From Batkoa obscura (lineage: Eukaryota): DNA of 64,000 bases. A model generated the notes under the pieces. That model did not search any database and had not been told where the DNA came from. It worked only from the letters and a program-made list of their open reading frames with translations. The position numbers were made by a program, and so were the translations under genes. Position 1 is the stretch's first letter. The number at the start of each line of letters is the position of its first letter. Of the stretch, positions 30,250-43,216 are shown piece after piece. The stretch is taken from NCBI GenBank assembly GCA_030770535.1, contig JASVEC010000024.1:186001-250000 (forward strand). Direction: 5' to 3'.

Positions 30250-31478
30250 ATGGAAGAAGTAAATTTTCTTTTATTGGTCCCCCTCTTTAGATACTAAGCC
30301 TTTACCTTTTTAATATTATTTAGTACAAACCAATTGAATGTGCTATTGATTTAATGCGTCGTATGCCACCTCAAAAATTAGAACTTAATTTGGAAAATTT
30401 ATGTGATTTATTACCTGAATATTCAGACACATTTTATGAAAATATTGAAAAACCGTTAGGTATTAGTTTATGTAAAAAAACTGGTAAAGAATATCTTTTA
30501 TCTGAGTTTAATAGAGATGGGGACTCCTATCGGTAAGTTGATTTTGATATTAAGTATTTGTTCAAAGGAATTGAGTTTGAAATTTGAAGTTTGAGTTTGG
30601 TATTAGATTGTATGAATTAATTTTTATTCTGTTTAGTTCCCCTTGGTCTAATGAATACGAACCTGAAATAGCTACTGATATTTATCCATCTTCAGCATTA
30701 AGAAGTTTAGAAGTTGCTTTTAATGATGCTTTTCAAGTTTATACTAAACTGTAAGATAAATTATTCAAGTTTTAATATTAATATTAATCTTTTACTTAGT
30801 TATTATGAAGGTGGTATTTCTTCGGTTTATCTTTGGGAACATAAGAAAGGGTTTAATGGTACTATATTAATAAAAAAAAGTAAGTTCAAATATAATATAA
30901 ATAATAATTAAAAAATGAATTTATTAATTAAATAATTTAATCATTAGTTAATGATAACAATAAAAGGGTACGTGGAGCATGGGATTCAATTCATATATTT
31001 GAAGCGGATTTAAATGGATCTCATGTAGTTTATAGATTATCATCAAGTATATTATTATATACAATTACTAATAACAGTAATGTTGGTACATTAAATTTAT
31101 CAGGTAGCATTCGTCGAATGGTAAGAAATTCTAAAGTGGTTTATATATTAATATAATTACTAATTATGAATTTTTAATATTTATATTCTATATATTTTTA
31201 TATAAAAATAGAGTGAAATTGAAAGTAGTGTTACTCAAATGAATGATCATATAGTTAATTTAGGTCAATTAATCGAAGAGCAAGAAAGTAAAATTCGAAA
31301 TACATTACATGAAGTTTATTTTCAAAAAACAAAAGATATTATTAATGAAATTCGACAATTATCAAATTTAAATGAACAACAAAATCAATCCAATTTACGT
31401 CATTCTTTAGCTTCGAAGTTACAATCTATGTCCTTACAAAAAGGTGAAAAATCAGATGCAATTGATTATACTGATTAA
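30250..31478 (+). CDS. CAP2: F-actin capping protein beta subunit (multi-exon; 9-nt first coding exon)
   Basis: [88 protein letters not shown]. Confidence 0.95.
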
Positions 31479-31644
31479 ATTGAATACGAATATGTTATTT
31501 TCTTTGCTATATATGATAAATTAGCTTTTAGTATGAAACGAATTTTTATATATTAAAAGTTAAACAAAATGAAGTTATTAATTTATATTTATATTTTTCT
31601 ATTTACTTTATTTGATTTTATAATTTAATGTATCTCCACTTACT

Positions 31645-33937
31645 TTAAATCTTTACTTTTGAATATAAAATAGAAGTAGCTTCACCAGCTTCAATTTGTT
31701 GATAAAATATAAATTGTTTAAACCCATTATTTTTGTTATTGACTATAACTTTTTTACTTGGTGCTAATAACATTTTAGTTTTAACTAATAAAGCTAAATT
31801 AGTTTCGTTTAATTTCATAATATCATTAGTATTGTAAAAAGGTATAATTGGGGGTATTGGTGTGGCTATGGAATTTTTTTTACTTGTATTACACTGATAA
31901 TCTTGATTTTTACCCCTAATAGTAATAGTGATAAATTATTAAAAACATATATAAAACACAATTAATTACCAAGTGTAAACTGAATTTCCAAATTCAGTCC
32001 CAGTTTCATTATTGTAAACAGCAAATCCATGAGTAGAACTTAAGCTTATATTTAAAAAGGTCATGGGTTGTAATTTATTGAATTTTTCCGAATCTAAAAT
32101 AGAAACGTTAATAAATAAACTAATAATATTATAAACAAGCTTACATTCTACTTTATCTGAAAGTGCGATGACTTTACAAGGAGTACCTGAAGCTTGAATA
32201 AACTAATAAAAATAGAAAAATTAAAATAAACTATTGTTAAATTATTACTATTAATTACCTTTCCATTGCCTAATTGACCCCATTGACCAAAACCAGTAGT
32301 ATACATAGCAATTGTTTCATTATTATTATTACTATTTTCATTACTATTATTATTATTGTTATTATTATTAATCATTTTTTGATTAACAATAAATATTGAG
32401 GTATCGCCCCCAGCATAAATATCAATGACATTATTTTTATAAGTATAATTTGATGGAGCTATTATATTTGTTATTTCTAATGGTAAGCTACTTAATTTAT
32501 TGGTTGCTTTTAATCCTCCAATAGATAGTTGCTATTTGATTGAGTTAATTATTATTGTTATTATAAATAATAATATTACTTACTCCATAAGAATTGGAAC
32601 CAAAAGAATATATTCTATTATCTTTTGTTCTAATTGTAAAATTAAATATTAATATTTTATATCAAAGTTTAGAATATTCTTTTAACTTACTTAATAATAT
32701 TATGATAATCTCCACAAACTACTTTATCAATTACATTTGTTTCATTACTTAATTGAATTGAATTGATTTTATATTCGTTATTTATTGAATTATTATTATT
32801 ATCTTCATTATCAGTACCTAATTGACCATAGCTATTTCCCTTATTATCACATGCCATGGAAAATAATCGATTTTTATTGGTGTAAAATAAAACATGATGT
32901 TTACCACTAGAAAAATCAATGATTCTAATTAAAATGTAGAATAAATATTATATTATATCAATGTATATAATAATATTAACTTACTTTTCACCCCAAGCTA
33001 GATCCGATATTTTGATCTTTTTAAAAGCAATTTTATTTTGAGTTGTAAAATAAGAACTCCACGAGTTATTGTTATTATTGTCTTGAGTCTGTTTTTCTTT
33101 CAATGCTTCTAATACTAATAACTCTCCTGATTTAGTTAATGTAATTACTTTATCTTCTCTATAAAAAAATAGTATTATAAAATTAAAACTCTCCTATTGG
33201 TTTTTGAACTTACGTTGTATCGACCTTAATTAAATCCTTCCCCTTTAAACTAATTTCAGGTAATTTTTTTACTTCTCCGCCAAAATAACCATAACCCCAC
33301 TGATATAAATCTCCATTAGAATCAATAGCAGCTAACAAATCATATATATTATTAACTTTCAATAGCAAATAATTATAATAGTTCAATCTTACCAGCATGA
33401 GTTTTATCCAACGAAATATCACGAAACAACATATTTTCAAAACAATCTAATTTCTTTGCAAATTTATTTACTTTTTCTTTGGCTTCTAAGGGATCAACAA
33501 GACCATATCTATAATGAAAATATAGAATAAACACGATTATTTAAAATTAATAGATTTAAGAGTACTTACTCATTACTTCCCCAAATAAATACGCCTGGAT
33601 ATTGTCTTGAATTTTCTACTTGTTGATTTTGTAATTTATAACCTTCTTCTTCTGTTAAAGTTAATAAGTTAATTCTCTTCTCTTCGTTTACAGTGATTTC
33701 ATTTGATGTCTCCAATTGAATTTTATTATTATTATTGTAAACCAACCCAACTCCTAATAGCGTGATGAGTAATAATGGCGCGGTATATCTAAATGAATTG
33801 TTGTTGTTATTGAATTTAGGATTGGATTTAGAATTGAATGAATATTTTAGACTTGTGTATTGGTTTCTATGAATGGCTGGTACTCCTGAATACTTTCCTT
33901 TGATCCCATTTAAAGTTAACGTCTTAATACCTCTCAT
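31645..33937 (-). CDS. RCC1-repeat mitochondrial protein, Fmp25-like (presequence, TM, RCC1 propeller), multi-exon
   Basis: Basic presequence, TM APLLLITLLGVGLVY, PGVFIWGSN, AAIDSNGDLYQWG, GNSYGQLG, FGSNSYG.QL, GFGQWGQLGNG, QQIEAGEATSILY. Confidence 0.75.
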
Positions 33938-34472
33938 TTTTTGTATTTTATCTCAATAAAAAATGATTTGATTTTTTTTGATTAGATTATTTAATTAGAT
34001 TAATGATTGACGATTTTTTTAGAATTTTCTAAAACAGATTATAATTAATCAAATGAAAATTACTGCTTGAAAATAAGTTTTATTTTAAACTTTTATTCTT
34101 GATAACAAACAACAAAAAAGCTTACAACACAGCGTTGACAACAAATGTCTAAAAGTCTAACTTCAACTTTGGACACAAATATATAAATACTGCTGCTGCT
34201 TTGTTACAACCTAGATCACTCTAATTCTTAGAACAAGTTATTTTATTTTTTCAGTGCTTAATTTTGATTTCAATCTGATTTTAGTGAAAACAACCTATAT
34301 TCAAATGAACAATTAATTAACTAGGTTACAATAAAGTTGCAGCAACTATAATGCAGACATAGCTAATTAAAAATTGAACAAATTTTATATAAATTTAAAC
34401 TATTCGTACAGGTCTGAAAGTGATTTCAAAATCCCACATTTTTTGATAGTTGAGTCTACTTTAATTTTATTA

Positions 34473-34572
34473 TATGGGGATGTATTTTTGTGTTTAAGAA
34501 TTTTACTAATAATTTTTTTACTCAAATAGTGCTTAAAGGAGAAAAAGTAATGAAGCCAAAAACATCTTCATA
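34473..34572 (-). mobile_element. MITE-like element, copy 9
   Basis: tatggggatgt...acatcttcata. Confidence 0.85.
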
Positions 34573-35143
34573 TAAAGTTTTAAAATTAGTTTATTAACAA
34601 AACTAAGGTAGTATATATATATATATTTCTACTTCAACTGGTGATTAAGTTAACTATTAATGATAGAAACTAAAATAAAACCGTATTAAACGAAATAGCA
34701 TTTCTGAAAAAAGATAATAGAAATGAAATAAATAAATTTTTAGATATGCCTATTAACTTAATAAAGTTATTATTACCATTAATATAAAACATTTAAAAAG
34801 TTGTATTATCTACTATTAAAGTTTTCAAGCCTACAATATAGCTAATATGAGTATTAGGATAATTACATTTATCTTGTTAGTTAATTTTAAGATCTCCCTC
34901 CTGATTATTGATTATTGATTCTTGCATATTTATCAATAATACCAAATCTATCATTATGAGTATTTTTTTATCAGTTTACTATAAATAGTAAATAGTTATT
35001 AAAATTCCTATTAGAAATTCTAGATTTAAACTTAGTTGATATTTAATTTATTAGGATTTAATTAATCCTAAAAACAGAATGGAATGGTTTATTTTAATTA
35101 TTTTTGTGCTGCAACGCTAATAAACAATTCAATGTAATTATGA

Positions 35144-35248
35144 TATGGGGATCTATTTTTGTATTTGAGAATTTTGCTAACAATTTTTCCACTCAAATAG
35201 CACTTAAAAGATGGAAAAAATAATGAAGCCAAAAAAAACATCCCCATA
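35144..35248 (-). mobile_element. MITE-like element, copy 10, ~60 bp past the stop codon of EH copy 3
   Basis: tatggggatct...acatccccata. Confidence 0.85.
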
Positions 35249-35307
35249 TAATAATAGAATATAATAAGTAAAATCAGTGATTAAATAAATTATTTAAATA
35301 TAGGGGG

Positions 35308-36569
35308 TTATTTAATCCTCTTTAAAAAGTCTTCGATCAAAGCATTAACTTCCTTATGATCAAAGTAATGAATCCAATGGCCGCCTTCAAGAATCTAAGA
35401 AATGAATTTTGTGTAAACTAAAACCTTCATGAACTGATCTTACCACTGTTGAAATATCCTTCAAGTAGTCTCGAGCTAAGTCTTTAGTAAGAGTGCATGC
35501 ATCTTTAGCCCCCAAAATCTAGATATCTTTTTAGCTATTATTATAATACTTGATGGACTAGAACCTTGCCTGTAAAGATTTGACTTTAACCTCGAGATAA
35601 GGTTTTTGTTTATTATTAAGCCCATTCAAATAACTTGTACGATATCAATTAGTAGGTCCTTTTGCTCCTTGTATTTTAAATCGATTATATATGTAATTTA
35701 AATACTATAAAAATAGATTAGATCATTACATTATAAATTTCATAATTCTTACATTATCATCAAAGTATTCTGAATTTGAGGTATCGTAGGTATCAAAGTG
35801 CTCAAACAACGTCTTATTTAATGGTACATGGACATAGTTTGTAGGATCGAAGTTGGGTTTTTTTATATAAAATGATTTGACGAATTTTTCAACATTATTG
35901 TCAAATTCTTCTACATTACCCTCGCCTAAGGCAACCTTTAAAATAATAGAATTAAAGTAATATAATAGTAACAAAGAAAATTTACTTGATAACCAAATAC
36001 CGAATTTTTTTCAGCCTTTTGTTTTTCGGTTCTTGGTTCACCTAAGGTAGGGAGATAAGGAATGCTTAAACTTACATATCCAATGATATTCTCTGGATAA
36101 CGATAAGCCAATTCCCAACCAACAAAGCTGCCCCAATCATGGGCAATAACAAAGACTTTGTTTTGCTTAAAGTGTTGAGTGAAAATATGATGGATATCTT
36201 CAGATACAGTTTTGAACGTAAAGTTTTCTAGTTTATCTTCTACTTTGGTTTCACCATATCCTGGCATATCAAATGCAACCACATGATATCCCTTCTTTAC
36301 CAAAAAATCGATTTGATATTTCCATGAATACCATGACTACATATTATAAATATTATAGATGATATGATAGCTTGATATTTTTACCTCTGGGAAACCGTGA
36401 AGTAGTAAGACATAAGGTGCGTCGTTTGCGCCTTCTTCGACATAATCTAAAATACTGTCAATATATGAATCCTAAGGAATTTTATATACATACGATATAC
36501 TTTATTGTTGAATTGAACAGTCTTATGGTTATAAGACTCTGGATTATCTAAATCGTATTGAATAGCCAT
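35308..36569 (-). pseudogene. Epoxide hydrolase copy 3 with an in-frame TGA at the conserved Trp (GPTN*YR) and a GC-AG intron 5; recent pseudogene or recoded gene
   Basis: Minus strand reads gga cct act aat TGA tat cgt (TGA = 35645-35647), where copies 1, 2 and 4 have TGG. Downstream exons remain open (ILGAKDAC..EGGHWIHYFDH). Confidence 0.75.
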
Positions 36570-37158
36570 TTTTATTTGATTATGATACTGAAGTTATTTT
36601 TGTTTTTCCATGTAACTCAATTACATTTCTGATGCTATTTGTACTTGCATTTTCTATGTTGGGTAAATGATTTGCCTCTGTTTATCCATAACACATTTCA
36701 AACAGCCACTAATTAAGGAAAAGCTTTATATTTTTGATGAATGAAAACAATATACGAGTTATTAGTCTATTTCAAGCTTTATTGTATAATATTCTTTGAG
36801 ATGCCTCTATTATCTTATTGAATTTTTCATGGACAATGTAGATTAGTAAATTTTAATTATTTAACACTCCATTATAATCTATCCTTTTTTACACTATAAC
36901 GTAGAAAAATCTATTAGAATTTTTAATTGTTAAAAATCAAAGGTATCAAATCAAAAAACAAATCTTAAACTCATAGTCTTATTTAGTATTTTATGTATTT
37001 ATACTCTTTTTTAGTTAAACAGAAGATATACTAAGTTTCATACAAGTATTGAAAAAGAAGAATAATGATCACAAGCTATTATGCAATAAAAATTAAAAGT
37101 AGAATTATAACACAGTACAATAAAAAACTACAATCTAATGTTTTATCTTAAACCAAAT

Positions 37159-38422
37159 TTATTTAAACTCCTTCAAAAAGTTCTCTATCAAAGTATTAAC
37201 ATTAACATAATCGAAATAATGAATCCAATGCCCGCCTTCAAGAATCTAACATTACAAGTTATTATGTATCTTTGAATCTCAACAAATTAATCTTACCACC
37301 ATTGAGGCATCTTTTAAATAATTCTGGGCGGCATCCTTAAAAGCAGTACAGAAATCTCTAGCTCCTAAAATCTAATGAAATAATTAATTTTTTACTATAA
37401 AAAGCATTAAATTATATTTTACCTGTAAAGATTTGACTTCAACATTAAAATGAGGCTTTTGTTTATCATTAAGCCCATTCAAATAACTTGTACGATACCA
37501 ATTAGTAGGTCCTCTTGTACCATATAATTTGTATTGACTATATAAATAACTTAAATACTAGAAAAATAAGTCAGCACATTTCAAAATAAAATCTATAAAA
37601 CTTACATTGTCATCAATATATTCTGAATTTGAGGTATCGTAGGTATCAAAGTGCTCAAACAACGTCTTATTTAATGGTACATGGACATAGTTTGTAGGAT
37701 CGAAGTTGGGTTTTTTTACATAAAATGATTTGACGAATTTTTCAACATTATTATCAAATTCTTCTACATTACCTTCACCTAAAGCAACCTTCATAAAGAA
37801 TATTAATATTAAATCTATTAGTATTAATATTAACTTACCTGGTACCCAAATACAGAGTTTTTCTCTGCTTTTTGTCTTTCAGTTCTTGGTTCACCTAAGG
37901 TAGGGAGATAAGGAATACTTAAACTTACATATCCAATGATATTCTCTGGATAACGATAAGCCAATTCCCAACCAACAAAGCTGCCCCAATCATGGGCAAT
38001 AACAAAGACTTTGTTTTGCTTAAAGTGTTGAGTGAAAATATGATGGATATCTTCAGATACAGTTTTGAACGTAAAGTTTTCTAGTTTATCTTCTACTTTG
38101 GTTTCACCATATCCTGGCATATCAAATGCAACCACATGATATCCCTTCTTTACCAAAAAATCGATTTGATATTTCCATGAATACCATGACTACATATTAT
38201 AAATATTATAGATGATATGATAGCTTGATATTTTTACCTCTGGGAAACCGTGAAGTAGTAAGACATAAGGTGCGTCGCTTGCGCCTTCTTCGACATAATC
38301 TAAAATACTGTCAATATATGAATCCTAAGGAATTTTATATACATACGATATACTTTATTGTTGAATTGAACAGTCTTATGGTTATAAGACTCTGGATTAT
38401 CTAAATCGTATTGAATAGCCAT
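37159..38422 (-). CDS. Epoxide hydrolase copy 4, 7 exons
   Basis: HGFPE, AHDWGS, GPTNWYR, LGARDF and EGGHWI are intact; TAA at 37159-37161. Confidence 0.9.
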
Positions 38423-39328
38423 TTTTATTTGATTGTAATATTGAGTTTGTATTTTTTGTGTAAACCAGTTACATTTTCGATGCTATTTATACTTGCATTT
38501 TTTATCCCGGATAAACAATTTTTTTTTCTTTCCATAAATTAAATTTAAATATACTACTAAATCAGGAAAAAGTATTATTTTTTCAATATTGAAAACAATA
38601 TCCGAATTTTCAGCCTAGCATAATCCTAATTTTGTAATTTTTTGGAATGCCTGCATTATTTTGCTGGATTTTTTATATCTATAGTAGTTAACTATCTTTG
38701 AATATTTGACAATGTCATAGTTTATCCCCCTTTTGTTAGACTATAGGCAAATACATGTACTTTGAGTTTTAGTTAGTAATGGAGATTAAAGTCCACTATA
38801 TTAGAAATGATATTTTTAAGTTTATAATCTTGCTTAAGAATTTATAATATTAGTTATTAGTTATTAATTAGCGTATCTTTTTAGCCATAGTTTAATATAA
38901 AGTAGTGTTGGCTGCAGAACTAAGAACTCAATGAATAAAATATCCAATATGAAAGGTGATGATGATTATAAAAATTTTATAAAACTTAAACTTTATGATT
39001 CTAAATAAACCCGCACAACTATGAAATTATCATTATACAATAAAACGAAGAATAATTTTATCACCAGATATTTAACTTTAAAAATAGCAAGATGATTTTA
39101 ATTAGTAATCAAATACAAAGTAAAATTTTATTACTTTAAAAAAACAGATTTTAAAATAAACCTATTTTAACTATCATTTAGTCACAAAACAGAAAAGACA
39201 ATAAGACTTAAAAAAATAAAATCTCCCAAAAAAACCTCAAAATGGGTACTCGAACTCTAATTGGCTACCCCAACTGGTAAAAAAAACGAAAAAATTCATT
39301 TCGAATTCGAAAACTTTGATCTTTAATT

Positions 39329-40802
39329 ATGGGTAAAAATAGAAATAAAAGTGCTACAAAAAAGGTAGCAGAGGCTCCTGTTGCTGCTATAAACAAAGCA
39401 AACACCAATAAAAAGGTTAGTAAAAAAGTTAATAAAAAGGACCTTGAGTTACAAAAACAGTTGGAAAATATAATAAAAAACCAAGGTAATGAACAAGAAG
39501 AAGTGGATTTAGAAGAGGCTGAAGAAGAAGAAATAGAGGAAGTAGTAGAAGAAGAAGAAGAAGAAGAAGAAGAAGAAGAAGAAGAAGAAGAGGAACAAGA
39601 AGAAGAGGAAGAGGAAGAGGAAGAGGAAGAAGAGCCAGAGCTAGTAGCTTTAGAAGATCTTCAAGAACTTTCAGATGAAGAAGAGGAGCCTTTGATACAT
39701 GAAGATGCTGTTCCTATCCAAAAAGTAACAATAAATAATCAGGTAAAACGGTAAATCAAAGCTAAAAAAACATACTAAAACAATAATAGGAAGGATTACT
39801 AAGAGTATTAAACGATATATCTTTAAAAGGAATGGCTTGGGTTGAAACACAAACTATTACAGCTAAAGAACCTTTAATTATTAAAGATGTTCATAATGAT
39901 TTGGATAAAGAACTTGCATTGTAAAGCGTTTTGTTTGTATTTCTATTCTTTATTGACTTTTTGTTAGCTATAATCAAGCTTTACAAGCAGCTGAAGAAGG
40001 TAAAAAGAAATGTGCTGAGTTTGGAATACCTTTCACAAGACCAGATGATTATTTCGCAGAGATGGTTAAATCAGATGAGCATATGAACAAGGTAATATAT
40101 ATGGTTTTTTAGCTAAAACAATAATTATAAATTTAGATTCGTCAAAAAATATTGGATGAAACTCAAGGTATTAAAGCATCTGAAGCAGCTAGAAAACAAA
40201 GGGAGCTTAAGAAATTCGGGAAACAAATTCAAGTTGAAAAGATTAAAGAAAAACATGCACATAAAAGACAAGAACTCGAGAAGATCAAGGGGCTTAAAAG
40301 AAGTAAGTGGAAATACTTTATTAACGGAATTCTTGTTTAATCAAAATCTATTTATCTAGAGATCAAGGACTCTGGAGATGATGGCTTTGATATTGATGTT
40401 GAGGAAGACGATTCTAAACCTAGCAAAAATGGTTCTGGAAAACAAATTAATCATAAGAGAAATCAAAAAGTAATTTTAGAATTAAACTTATCTTAATTAA
40501 TTAACTCAAAATTAAATTACAGGATGGCAAATATGGATTCGGTGGTAAAAAAAGACATGCTAAATCAAATACCAGAGAGAGTACATATGCTGAAAACGAT
40601 GGTTTTGATCCTAGAAAAAATAAAGCTGCTTTTGGGAGCAAACAAAAGGTAATTCGTTTGTTAAGCTACTATTAGTTTGTTGAGTAATTTTGTATAGAAA
40701 ACAAAAGCCTTTGGTAAGAGTGGAAATGGTAAAGCTCCTGGTAAGGGAGGAAATGTCAAATCTAAACGTCCAGGAAAGAGTAAACGTAAGGCTGGAAATT
40801 AA
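39329..40802 (+). CDS. EBP2: rRNA-processing protein Ebp2 (multi-exon) with a long poly-Glu tract
   Basis: DVHNDLDKELA..YNQALQAA, PFTRPDDYFAEMVKSDEHM.KIRQK, EAARKQRELKKFGKQIQVE, KYGFGGKKRHAKSNT, C-terminal KRPGKSKR. Confidence 0.93.
39548..39632 (+). repeat. Coding (GAA/GAG)n tract giving poly-Glu in EBP2
   Basis: Directly visible GAA run followed by alternating GAG/GAA. Confidence 0.95.
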
Positions 40803-41594
40803 ATTTAGCTTGAGTTTGGGAGATCCGGTTTTTTAATCACATTAAAGAATATATAGAGTAGATTAGAAGTTGGACATGTGCTTTATTTTATTATTTTGTT
40901 TTTACTTTATACCTAAAGCTATCCTCTTATTCTATAACTTACAAAGTTTTAGCAGTTAATTGCTTCTGGCCAATTGTTTACTTACATTATAATATTGATT
41001 TAAAGGAATAGAAATATCTATAAAAAATTAGATTGATTGATTCAACTTTATTATCAAAACATGATATTTTGTAAAAGAGGATGATTATAAGCGTCAAATA
41101 AAAAATAAACATCTTACGAAATTATAAAGTTAATTTATTTCTATTTTAAAAAATCCAGTATAACATAATAACTATACTCTATTACAAGGGTATTCATATT
41201 CGTTTACTGTTAGTGAGATATCCGATTAACTATTTATATCCTCTTGATTATAAATCACTAGCGTAAATTACTTTGCTGATTTTAGCTGCTATGAACTAGA
41301 TTTCTATAACTCCAAAAATATCTACAATGGTTAAAAAATGTACCTCTAACTGCAATGCTATTTAAGATGCTGTCTTTTTTAGTTCAAATTATTTTATCTC
41401 TTTTTTTGAAAATCAATATAGCTTTAAATGTAACTTGTAACAAAGATAAAAGTATAAAATAAACAAAAGCACAAAATCTTACCAAAAAAGTAAAATTAGA
41501 AGATCTTTTATATAAACGTAATATCATATACTGTTAAGTTTGAATACATGCCATATAGTATCATGGTCAAAGTTTAATCCTACACTCAAGTTTA

Positions 41595-42414
41595 TTAAAT
41601 ATATTGAGAAACCCAACGGAAACCTAAACATCAAAATTAAATATTTATCAGATTACATACTCTTTAAACAACTTACCATCCCCATAACCTTGACGCATTA
41701 CAACGGAACACATGAAAAGTTCAATTGGACGGACATCTCCAGAAGTTTTGCCACCCTATATAAAATTAACAAAAATTTTAAATTTATTTTTTAAACTATT
41801 TACTTTTCCGGTGGTTGAAAAGAGACCAAGATGTGCTCTTAATTCTTCTTCAGAAACAGCACCTGGAGCATCAATTTTGTTACCCAAAATCAAAAATGGG
41901 GTTTTAGCTAACTCTTCAATTGAAAGAAGGGCCTAATTTAATATTTTAACTTATATTTTCTTTAAAAAGCTGTTTTCTGCTTACATCAAGTTCGGCTTTA
42001 CTTTCCGCAAATCTTTCTCTGTCTTGAGCATCAACTAGATAGACTATGCAATTGACTTCTGGGAAATAATCTCTCCATAAACGACGAGCTAAAATAATTT
42101 CAATAAATGTACTTTAAATCGAACTGTCTTGATGTTACCTTGTTGATGACCACCAAGATCAAAAGTGGTAAAGTTAACCTTACCAATGGCTAACTCTTCA
42201 GAAGCTACAAACTTGTTAGCTATTGGTTTTTTATTTTAAACTTAAATTTACTTGGATGAAGAGTTGGCTGAAGGGTAGCTAGACGATCATTTTTTAACAT
42301 ATGTAATAAGGTAGTTTTACCGGCATTGTCTAAGCCCAAAAATAAAATTTTGGCTTGTTTATTGACCAATCCAAAGTTGGCTAATACATCCCAAAACCAG
42401 TTTACTAAAAACAT
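41595..42414 (-). CDS. SAR1: COPII small GTPase Sar1 (multi-exon)
   Basis: [38 protein letters not shown]...[61 protein letters not shown]. Confidence 0.97.
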
Positions 42415-43216
42415 CTTTTATTGTTTATAAATTCAAAAGAGAAGGTACTTCTTAGTTTAATTTATTTCACTTGAAAGTGATTTTTTATTGGCTTAACTTA
42501 TATTGTTGATTTTGGCTTATGTTTAGCTAAATACTTACTTCCACTTGACTTATTCTTATTGGTTAATTGAACTTAAGTGCATCCTGTCTTTATCGCTTAT
42601 CCTTGCTTAAATTATCTAGGATTTGATTTCCACCTAATTGAAAATTTAATATCTGCCCAAAAATGCTGATGACTTATAGTTTTTTTATTTTGTTTTCTCA
42701 CATTTAAATAATTATTATAGTATAGGTTTTTTAAATAAATTTCTTGTATTTGATTTATTGAATATATAAGTTGGTTTTAAAAATAGTCAATATCACAATT
42801 TAGTCATTTATAATGGTATTTTATAGTCACTTTATTAAAATAAGTTTTAAATTGAAATAGTGAAACTCATATTCTACAGAACAGCGAACAGGTTCAATAA
42901 AATTAAAACAAAAGTCATTTTAGTACATTATTTAAATATTACACTATAAGTTAAATATCTATTTTGATGATAAAATCATGTTTAAGTCTTATCCTAATTA
43001 ATTTAAAGCTCTTGATTGAGAAATTAAAACAGCAGAAAAAATAAAACAAAGTCGCCTCAAATCCACATCTATTGGCTTAAAAAGGCAAATTTTGATGAGG
43101 ATTTTATTAATTCATAAAGGGTAAATAAAAAGTTTTAGGATAAAGAGGGAATCTAAAACAATATAAAGTAAGATATCAAGTGAAATGTTTGTCTATTTTT
43201 TTGTATATAATTTTTA

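Noticed and set aside
34190..34345. Weak inverted similarity (tgctgc..aacctag / ctaggtt..gcagca)
   Set aside because: Only about 24 bp with several mismatches; it cannot be separated from chance without computation.
35645..35647. In-frame TGA as selenocysteine or a reassigned codon
   Set aside because: It aligns with Trp, not Cys, in the paralogs, and no SECIS was recognised. TGA serves as a normal stop elsewhere (30026-30028, 48591-48593, 51995-51997).
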